From: Gnetum montanum
Taxonomy: Eukaryota; Plantae; Gnetophyta
Reading direction: 5' to 3'
Length of the DNA: 64,000 nucleotides
Assembly: GCA_015680685.1 (NCBI GenBank)
Contig: MNCI01000811.1
Span: 507,283-571,282, forward strand
A program made the position numbers and the translations under genes. The notes under the pieces were generated by a model. The model saw only the letters and a list, made by a program, of their open reading frames with translations, made no database searches and was not told where the DNA came from. The first letter of the stretch is position 1. Every line of letters begins with the position of its first letter. Of this stretch, positions 54,301 through 64,000 are shown one piece after another.

Positions 54301-55437
54301 AATAAGTAAACAAAATTGATTTCTCACTACAAAGACAAGTCAGATAAAAAAATGTGTTATAACACACCTTAATATGATGGTTAATGTTTCTAATTTGTTT
54401 CCTTATGAAAAATTTATGTTTCTTATTTTTCTAATCTTGCATACTTTAACTTGGAAAATGGATTAGTCTATCAATTTGTAAGATTAGTCTATCAATTATT
54501 CCACATTGATCAATTAATGTTTTGCAATCTACATAGGCACTGATTGCAAATGGTAAAATTTGATAGTAAAGTCAAACAACATATAACCATAATAGCTTTA
54601 TATGACAATAGGGTGAGCAACAAATAGAAAATTTAAATTTCTAAATAGAACATATGTAATAGAAACATCAAGCTCACTTGTTTCTTTATTCAAACACTTC
54701 TTCTCATGGATCATTTGTTCTTTGTTGTGTTCAATGGAAACAAATAATCTTTTGGCTACTTTAGGTGTTGGCATTATATGTAGATATATTAGAGACATTT
54801 ACAGTAATGACATTAAAGAGAAGTTTCAAGAACAAAGGAAGATATAAAGAAAATATAGAAAGTGCACAACATCATACCATCATTAAGGCCTTTTATAATG
54901 TTTCTTCTATTAAGGTGAATGTTTTTGGAAACATCATTCTTAACTACCAATGCATTTCCTAGCAAGACAAATTTATTATTTAGTGCTGTAATTTCATTAC
55001 CCATTTTCTCATTCTGAATAATAAGTTTCTTCATTCAACTATTTTCATAAGCTACAAAATTATCTATTTTAGCCTTTAGTTGATTGTTTTCTTCTAATAA
55101 GTAGGACCTGTCAGATTTCAACTCCTCCACAACATTCCAAAATGTTGCATTCCTTTTAGAATACTTATGTAATGTCTCGATCACATTTTCTAACTTGTCC
55201 TCAATTACTTTAAGAGAACATTTGTTATGATGACACACATCTTACAAAGATGGTTTATCATTTTCTTTCAAATCAATTGAGATCTTGAGTCTCTTAAATA
55301 ATGATGCATTCTTGAAAATGCTTTATGGATTCAACTTTACTATATCTTGAAGTTGAATTGGGACAACTTGTATATTCTTATTCTATAAATATTTATTAAT
55401 TTACTTGGAAAACCAAGAGACTCTCTAGTATCATGTA

Positions 55438-56312
55438 TGATGAGCAGCGAGGTACCCCTATGCTCAACCATACGAATACAAGCATTTCACGCATGATCCG
55501 GTCGAATTCCAAGGACTAAGTGCTTATGCGCCCTTGTGGAACAAGGACGGGTTGGTTGATCATTGTCTTTCCAAACTTACTTGTATGTCATGATTATATG
55601 GTTAAGTAAGCTTGAGGCATATGATTTTTATAGCTTTTATGTTTTTATGTCCTATTGTTAATAAGGGAGGAGAGAGAGAGATAATTAAGTGACTAATTTA
55701 ACCTAACTATTGATTAACTAGGATTGAAACTAATCCTAACACCACTATCTATTCTCACTTGCCGTACACATCCTAAACTAGTGCAACACTACTGGGATTA
55801 CCAAATGCTAATTGTTATTGGGTTACCAAGTGTTACACGCATGCTCGAAGTGATCGTACTATGTGTGCTAATAACAAAAATGTAAAGTGCATAAAATAAA
55901 ATAAAATAAATTCAGAAGAAAACAAAATAAAGGAAATGAGTAAGATAGCAAATCTCAAGTGTTGCAAGGATGAATCCAAGAGCTCATCTTTATTGTTGTA
56001 CACAAGGTGTGCTCAGGTACAGAATGCTCAAATAAAGATCCATCCACACTTAGACCTCCTACTATGAGCACTTGAAAATTACTTTAACTACAAAATTTAT
56101 GCTACTTGACTCCTAAAAGACTTCTAAGAGACTTCCCTTGAAAGACTTCCTTTCAAGACTTCCTCCCAAGACTTCCTAAATTGTGTGCCTGGGCACTATA
56201 TTTATAGGCTTGGGAGCAACTACTCTAATAATTAGAGAAACTGCCACTCTAATTTTAGAGAAACTACCACTCTAATAATTAGAATAAACCACTAGAGTAA
56301 CCACTCTCATCA
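55438..56312 (-). repeat. 3' LTR of E
   Basis: TGATG...CTCATCA termini; R/U5 homologous to the A LTRs and to 546-1020. Confidence 0.88.
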
Positions 56313-58299
56313 TATCCCCATGACTAAATAAAAACTCGTCCTTGGATTCCTTACAAAATATTGGGAAGGTATGGGATTATTGACTACTTGACAACTGATG
56401 GTGGAATGGGATAGGAGACTCAACATGCCCAGTGAACGGATCATTACAACATTAGTGTTCATGACCATTGTGGTAAAAACTTGTATATAAAAGACATCCA
56501 AGCCTTTATTTGGTAGCTTGTAGAGAAAGAGAGAGAAAGAAAATGAAGCGTGTTGCCGCCAATGTTAAGATTACGGCTTCCGATGTTTATCTATAGCCAC
56601 ACCACTAGACTTGCTTCTTTCGTAAATGATCTAGTTTCCATCCATCTTGAGTGCTTCCTCCAAGCCCAATCCATTGTTTCTATGATCACCATCTACACAT
56701 ACAACACAGTCACAAATGAGCAAGGATAGATAAACCATAATGTAGTTGATACCTTGCCTCGATATGAAGTGCATTGGCTGAGTTGTGATTATGGTGAAAA
56801 CTAGTTCAAAGATTTATCATAGGTGACTACCCAAGGTGTAGGGGTTAGGTGAATAGTAAAATGGAGAAAATTGAAAAATTTGTGCTAGGGCCCCCATGAC
56901 TAAGAGCAAACCTTCGATAGCTATAAGACGGAAAACTATGAGGAATAAGAAAGATGGGAAAAATATCAACAGTAACGCCAATAAAATGGATGTCATGGAT
57001 GGGGATGAAACAAGAAATGATTGATTGCAGGAAATTTTTAAGGGAAAGAAGTTAACAATTTCACCAAAAAGAAATGCTAATGGGTCCTCCCCAAAGTAGG
57101 CTCATGCCTTTTATGCCCTAACAAACCCACAAACCAAAGAGTTCGTAGGCTCTAGGAATGTCATTTGGAAGAAAGAGTTAAAAACTTACCCACAAGAATT
57201 CACCAAAGAAAAACAATGCATCAACCTAGAACAGACTAATGACAAAATCAGCAATGAGGTGGAAAATGGGAAGAAAGATGGAGAGGAGAGAATGGAATGG
57301 AATCCCAAGAGCAAAGTTGTGTAAAGCCCCTTGTGTATTTTATGGTTAATGTGACTAAGTAGAACTCATTCCAAATCTAAACTCAAAAAAACCATATCTA
57401 GTGACCTCACATCAACACACTTGACCAGTCCATCCATATGAAGCAACAAGAATGCTTTCACAAAGAGTCACCACCATTCTGAGGAGAGCGAGATGGAGAA
57501 GCAAGAAGCGAGAAAGGGCCTTAGTTATAGGAAACCTTCAAGCATGGGTAACATGTCTTTCTAGTTCCATAACCAGTGCTTGTAGCCCATATTGCTTTAT
57601 TATGTCTAAGGGGTGTGCGTTGAATTATCCCTCTTTTTTTTCTTCTTTTTCCATGAGAACCACACCATGCAAAGACTTATTTTTATTCACTTGGCTTCCT
57701 AATTTTTGAACAATGTCAGAATGGTGAAAAACGCAAGAAAAAGCATCCAAGCACCCAAGAGAATGGCCAAAAAAAATGCATCAAATCCCCTTGAAGTCAC
57801 AACCTTTTCATCCTTTAAGTCTTTCCTTGGTTTGAAAAATACCCAGCCACCAATTCATTAAAATTTTACTTAGAATAAGAGGGACTGTATAGTTCCAAGC
57901 CAAAGGAGACCATAGAGTTATATGGATGAGTGGACAGCATGGACTCATTGCCTATTTTACCAAAAGAACCATACCTTAATATCAGCATCATAATTCAAAG
58001 GTAAAAACCAAACATTAGTAATCAATATGATATAATTCAATCCACCATCATGAGCACTTATTAGATGACAAATAAAAGTAAATCAAGAAAACAAAGAAAC
58101 AGTAAAAACATGAGCGATGGTGTAAAAAAAATATAAGAAAAGTTGAAAGAATGTGTAAAACAAGAAATGTGTAAAACAAAAATTCAAAAAGAACTAAGGG
58201 CCTAGAATGGTTAGCATAGGTGGCCATCTCCCCCACAACTAAGTTGGAAGGAGGAGATTCGAAATAGTAAGCAAGGTTGTCCACCAAGAGAGGTAGCAT

Positions 58300-61200
58300 G
58301 TGTATTGGCTATCCTAAGCTCATGGAAAGGTTTGGTTTGTTGTACGTTGAACAACAGTTTCTTGTTTGGGCTCTCAAGTTTGTATATTGTCATGGCCCCT
58401 GAAGGAAAAGTTGCATAAATAATATAAGGTCCTTCCCATAGTGTTTGAAATTTAGTATGTTGTGGCACATGTGTGGGATTCTAGTAGAGAACCTTATCTC
58501 CTAGTTGATATTTAACTTTCCTAATCCTTAGGACATGATGTTGGTTATTGAATGCCTTATGTAACTTGTTAGATGACAGGGTAGCTAGTTGGTTTTCATC
58601 TAGCAAGTTAAGGGTTAATAACTATTGTTTCTATGCTAGATCAAGGTCAAGATTGAGGGAAACCTTTGAAAAGTTCTCAATAAATCTCCTATAGTAGGTA
58701 CTATGTCCAAGGAATTATCGAATATCTTTGATAGTTTTCAATTGATGGGTAATTCCTTGGATAACTTTGATTTTCTCAGGGTCTACCTCTATCCTTGTGT
58801 GTGAGATTTTGTGCCCTAGGACTACGCCTTCTTGGACCATTAAATGGACTTTTTGCCAATTGAGCCTCAAATTGGTTTCTACACATCTTTTTAACACTTG
58901 CTTCAACTGGTCTAAGGCTTGATCAAAGGTTGCTCCATAAGTGGAGAAGTCATCCATAAAGACCTCCATGTCATTCCCTATCTACTGTTGGAATATGCTT
59001 AGAACTAGTCGTTGAAATGTTGCAGGGGCATTGCATAAGCCAAACGACATTTGTTTATATCTGAAAATGCTCCAAGGACTAGTGAACGTAGTCTTGGCTT
59101 GGTCTTTTGGGGCTATTTATATATGATTATATCCACTATATCCATCTAGAAAACTGTAGTAGCGATGCCCTACAATGGTGTCTAAGACTTGGTTAACAAA
59201 TGCCAACAGAAAGTGATCTTTGAATGTTGTCAAATTTAATAGCTTGAAATCTATGCACACCCTCCATTTGCCTCCCTTTTTAGGCACAATAATTAAGGGG
59301 CTAACCCATTCGCTATCAGCAATGGAGTATATGAACCTAGCCTTGAGAAGCTATTCGATTTCTTCCTTGACTACTTGCTTTAGCTTTGGGTTCAAACATC
59401 TTTGCAATTGTCTTTGAGGCTTCATGGAGGGGTTGGTGTAAATCCTATGTTGGCATATCCTAGGATCTATTTTGGTTAATTCGGGATATGACCAAGTGAA
59501 GGCTTTTGACCATCTATTAATTACCTTCAAAAGTTCTTCTTTTTGTTGAGAATCAAGCTTTGTGTTGATAATTACCAATTTTCTATTTTTAAGGAACGTG
59601 TATTCCATACTGGTGGCCAATGGTGTTAAGTCAAGGATCTCTTGCTTAAATTTCTCAGGGATTTCCAACTTAAGTTCTTCTTTTTGTTGAGAATCAAGCT
59701 TTGTGTTGATAATTACCAATTTTCTATTTTTAAGGAACATGTATTCCATACTGGTGCGCAATGGTTTTAACTCAAGGATCTCTTGCTTAAATTTCTTAGG
59801 GATTTCCAACTTCCCCCAGTTGACATTTTCAAGGTTAAGACTTGGAAGTTGGTGGTGGACTTGCTCTAATGCATATATGCTATTGATGTAAGTGTAAGTC
59901 AAACCCTCAGTTGGTTCCATGCATATGAGTGAACTGCTTGCTTGATCAGCTGTTAGCCACTAGGTGTCTTCCTATTATGTGGCTACTGCATACAGGCATC
60001 TTTATATGTTGATCATTTATGCACATTGATTGCATGTAGGCAATGTTAAACTTTGCACAAACCATGACCTTTACACGTAATTACACCCTATGTAACTGTA
60101 TGCGATGCATGAAACTTTCTTCTTCTTGATCTTTCCAAATTTATTTTCCTTTAATATTTCTAAGGAAAGATCATAGATTCCTAGGCATGCATCAATGGTG
60201 CTTAGCCATGGTTTTCTCGTTATGATTGGGAAGTACCCCCTATCATTGTTTACCTAAATCACTAGGAAGTTAGTTGGGTATGACCATCCAAAAATAGTGG
60301 TAACAATGTCTTTCACTAGTCCCAATGGGATAGTGATGGACTGGTCAACCAACTCTAGATGGATGTTACTATTTTTTAATGGAGGAAGGTTCTAGGCCTT
60401 GTACATTTCTTGAGAAATCAAGTTGACACTGGAACCTGAGTCCAAAAGAGCTTTGCATGACGCACTTCCAATGATTTGTAAATATATTAGAGGACTTCCA
60501 GGATCAGAGAATTTCTTGGGAAGGTGGCCAGCTTTGATCCAATCGGTGACGACATGTGTTAGCATGATCGTATGCATTGAGTGCGGTGGTTGAGTTGAAG
60601 GAGGCTCTAACATTTTGATTGATACTGAGGCATCTAAGTAATTAGCTGCCTNCACCTTGCATAGCTAGAGCAGGTGGTAGTGGAGCTATTGGTGGAAGAG
60701 ATGCGGCCAGATGAGAAGGATGATATTCTTGTAGAATATTGCCTCTAGAAGAGGTAGTTCCATAATACTTGTGGGTTTGGTAGTGAGGTTGAGGAGTGAC
60801 GTGACTAGTAGAGTCATGTGGGGAGATTAGCTCCTACATGTAATATCCATACGGGTTAGATTGTTGGTAAGGATACTATTGCCTTGGTGGTGGCATTCCC
60901 CATGATTGTGGGTGTTGCCACTATTGATATTGCTCAATTGGTTTTTATGGAGTTCCACTAGGATAATATGTTAAGGGTTGGTGAAATTGCCTTGGGTTAC
61001 CTTGAGGATAAGGTAACCTTTGGGGTGTTTGCCTTTTGTTTAATTGTGGGTTGAGTGCATACACCTTAGAATCCTACAGATGTGAGATTATAGGACAACA
61101 TCCCTTAGGATGGTCATATTGACATATCTCACATCCACTATCATTATCTATTTCCAAATCCAAAACATCTTCAATGATGGCAACTTTGCCCTTACCCTTG

Positions 61201-61642
61201 CCACGTGCATGTTTAGCCTCTTTCTTTTTTCTTTTCTCACTACCTTACTCTCTAGACTCTACTATTCTAAGAATAGCTTGAAATCTATTGTTTAGGGAAT
61301 CCAACATTTGGTCTACCTTTGCCAAAACTTCTGATTTCATCTTTTGGATAGGAAAAGTTTTCCTATTCACCATCTCTTCGAGTGGTGACTCTTCTTCATC
61401 CTCACAAAATCTTACTCCTCTCTTCTAGAGGGAAGGATTTTGGTTATACTCTTTTACACTTTCTCTCTTCCATAGCTTACCTTCTTCCTTAGCAACTTGC
61501 TCCAATAATCTTTGAATTTGATGGAACCTAAGCTCAAATAGCCTCCCTTGGGAATAAGTCCCAAGGATTCTTCTCGTTTCATGCCTAATCCCATCCATGA
61601 GATGGTGCAGTTGATCCCTTTGTGAATAACCATGACCAGAAC
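58300..61642 (-). pseudogene. Element E gag-pol: gag, protease, RT and INT C-terminus; RNase H and INT core deleted
   Basis: SGHGYSQRDQLHHLMDGI; KALLDSGSSVNLI; FLDGYSGYNHI; EVFMDDFS; FLGHSTYYRRFIENFSKVS fused directly to LNLDLDLA (~58660); WEGPY. Confidence 0.92.
59531..59812. repeat. In-frame 141-bp tandem duplication in E pol
   Basis: 59531-59671 and 59672-59812 are near-identical (KLEIP.KFKQEIL...DSQQKEEL twice). Confidence 0.92.
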
Positions 61643-63176
61643 TGAAACACCGTGAAAATTTCGAGTCCTCAACGGTTCAGCAAAATCTTGTGACTCAGGC
61701 AAGGATTTGTGACAAGTCATGGCCTAGCAAGTGCCCTTTTTGGCTAAGGGTCTGTTCTACCATGCTATGCAGCACAACATAATAAACTCCAGAGGATAGA
61801 ACAAGACAAGGGATGCACAACGACAAGCCTTCAACTTTGCAAGTTTTCTATGTTTCAAAAAATCTTAACTTTTGGCATATTATGTTGCATTACTCAACAT
61901 ACCATAATGTAGCATAACATAGCATAATGCCAAAAGGCAGTCCATCGCAAGAACAAAGATGACAAGATTCGAGACCTCGATTGTCCAGCAAAATCACAAC
62001 ACTTAAGCAATGATCTACAGCATGCCACACATTTCAGCAAGTTTTCTTTTTCGGTTAAGAGGCCTATTATACTACATTACATAGTGTAGCGTAATAAACA
62101 CTGGAAGGATTGATCAGAAACAAAGGAAGCATAGCGACAACACTTCAATTTTTTGCAGGTTCGCTGTTTTACGCTGAATTACGCTATGCAGCGTGATCTA
62201 GCATGACGTAACATAATACAAGCAACGACAGAGAGGGAACAACTCAAGCATTAGTAGTTCATACGTCACAATATGCTCTAGCATATTATAAGTAAACAAA
62301 GAACAGTTTGTTGCCAAAACTCTAGAAAAAGTGGTTTACGACGCATTACGCTTCAGAGCATAATGTTGCATGGTGCCAAAAGCTTCAAATACAAACACAC
62401 CAAGTCAACAACATCTTGTAGGTTCAGGACATGTGTCATCTAAACTACGTTTTTCTCCTAACCCTAACCTTATAAATATTCCAGTTGACAAAGATCAAGG
62501 GGTTGACAAAAAATTTCCCGGGGATTAACAAATTTTCTCCATGAGTGATTTTCTTTCATTGGCAATCGTTGACAACTTTTGGCAAAGATTGACAAGAGAG
62601 GAAAAGAGGATCAGCAATCGTAAGAACATCAAAGGTGATTGGCAAGAATCCTTGATCAGAAATAGCCTGTTAATGATATTCTGCTTCAGGTCTCACTTCC
62701 TTGCACCCAGATTGGCTAGAATAGGGTAGATCGACCTTTGCTTGTTTTATCTTTAAATAGCTTTCTTGCTGTTGGCACGTGCTTCGTCTAAACCAAAGTC
62801 TACCTGTAATCATTGTATCCAACATATTTTGTTCATAAGTTAAATCCTGGATCTTGGGATTGCACGCTCTCTAAATCTGATCTCGTGTGTCCTATCTATA
62901 TGGATTCTGCAATCAATTTAAATCATTTACATCATTTTCAATTACCTTCAAGATTAACAATATTATATCTCCTCATAAAAATAGCCTTTTTGCCATCCAA
63001 TTCCTACAAAAATTTTATTGATTAAGTAAGTCCTTGTCTGATCGACAAAACCATTTAGGGCAGATCGGATTCATCTTCTCCAGCACGGCCCTCTCATGGA
63101 TCCGGGGTTGGAATTGTGTACACGGACTTCCGCTCAGTATTTCCAGAGATCAATGTTTTCTATTGTTACAGTTTTC

Positions 63177-63193
63177 TAGCGCTAGAAGGAGGG
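63177..63193 (+). promoter_or_regulatory. tRNA-Asn-type PBS of D
   Basis: TAGCGCTAGAAGGAGGG, 6 nt after the LTR end. Confidence 0.82.
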
Positions 63194-63426
63194 CCTTCAT
63201 ATTCGATCCACACTTTACGGGTAGTCTTGTAAGCTGTCTGTACCCATTGTCGGTCAACGTAAACGTAATACCTCCATGGTTGTTTACGAGATTGTGTAAT
63301 GCAGATCAGTTGCTTCGACGATTCCTTTGGAATCCTACAAGATAGAAAGCCTTGATTATTACCTTATTTTGCCTTTGCCCTTGCGATCTTTATCCTTATC
63401 GTCATTACTCCCAAACTGCGTAGAGA

Positions 63427-63993
63427 ATGGCTACATCAACCACCGCTATTGACACTGCCAACCTCGAGAATCCTTGGACCATGCAATTTACACCTCCTAT
63501 GGTCGAGTCGCCAACTAGTCCAGTGTGACCACGTCGCTTCCTCAGGCTTCAAAACAAAGAGCCTGAGGGACACGCTTAGCGCAAGGAACACTACAATTTT
63601 CTCTGTGCTAAGCTAGTAGCAAACCTGCCCATGTATCCATAAGAACTTGAAGAAAAACGAGAATACAAGTTCATGTATTGCAACGGGAAGGAATTTATTC
63701 CTTCACATAACACCACTGTACCCCTGAAAAATCAACAAAAGTGGATCCTAGATCAAATGATGATGGCTAAGACATCGACAGAACAACGAGAGGAGTTGTT
63801 CCATGATGAAATGCTTCATGACGGGCAAGACAATCTAGACTCCCACTCTGAGGGAGGCGGTCATGCTAATTTCGCCATGGCCCCTCCCTCCATGATGTCT
63901 TGTGTAAATCTGTTGTTCATGGTTACCATGCCCTTGACACTATCTAATACTAACCGCGTCTGCATTCACCCCACCTACATTTTCTCTCTTTGA
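63427..63993 (+). pseudogene. Element D gag N-terminal region with in-frame stops
   Basis: YNFLCAKL...NGKEFIP...VPL....KWILDQM matches B (36120-35790, minus) YNFLFAKL...NGKEFLP...IPL....RWLLDQL. Confidence 0.8.
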
Positions 63994-64000
63994 CTATCCT

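Larger units (their letters stand above)
55438..61642 (-). mobile_element. Element E: second Athila-like copy (3' LTR to gag), interrupted by D; 5' part outside the window
   Basis: 3' LTR 55438-56312; PPT 56313-56328; interior collinear with A 37236-42800. Confidence 0.92.
61643..64000 (+). mobile_element. Element D: Tat-like element related to B (5' LTR, PBS, start of gag), truncated by the window end
   Basis: LTR TGAAACACC...TGTTACA at 61643-63170; PBS TAGCGCTAGAAGGAGGG at 63177-63193; gag start homologous to B. Confidence 0.88.

Overview
A land-plant nuclear window made almost entirely of nested, mostly decayed transposable elements. I recognised no intact host gene. Decay is dominated by C>T/G>A transitions, consistent with CG/CHG methylation. 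From left to right: (1) an Athila-family LTR inserted in a Copia (Tnt1/Tork-like) RT/RNaseH remnant; (2) a ~132-bp tandem repeat; (3) an intron-containing MULE/SWIM transposase pseudogene, interrupted by a short non-coding LTR element C with a perfect GTATG TSD; (4) a near full-length minus-strand L1 LINE; (5) a 31-kb Athila-like element A (17032-48210) containing an 18-kb antisense Tat/Ogre-like element B (19263-37230) and a C-family solo LTR; (6) an ancient chromovirus-type RT remnant; (7) a second, minus-strand Athila copy E (55438-61642), interrupted by a second Tat-like element D that runs off the window end. Two observations stand out. First, the related but distinct tRNA-Asn-primed Tat elements B and D sit at homologous positions of Athila gag (the CP/SxHG motif), 5 bp apart and in the same relative orientation, which suggests targeted integration into another retrotransposon. 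Second, B has a ~5.95-kb putative intron between protease and RT that houses an antisense, multi-intron gene with a plant-mobile-domain-like region and a coiled coil, flanked by the same motif arrays found in B's LTR and 3' region. All alignments and translations were done by eye, and family names come from recalled motif knowledge rather than database searches.
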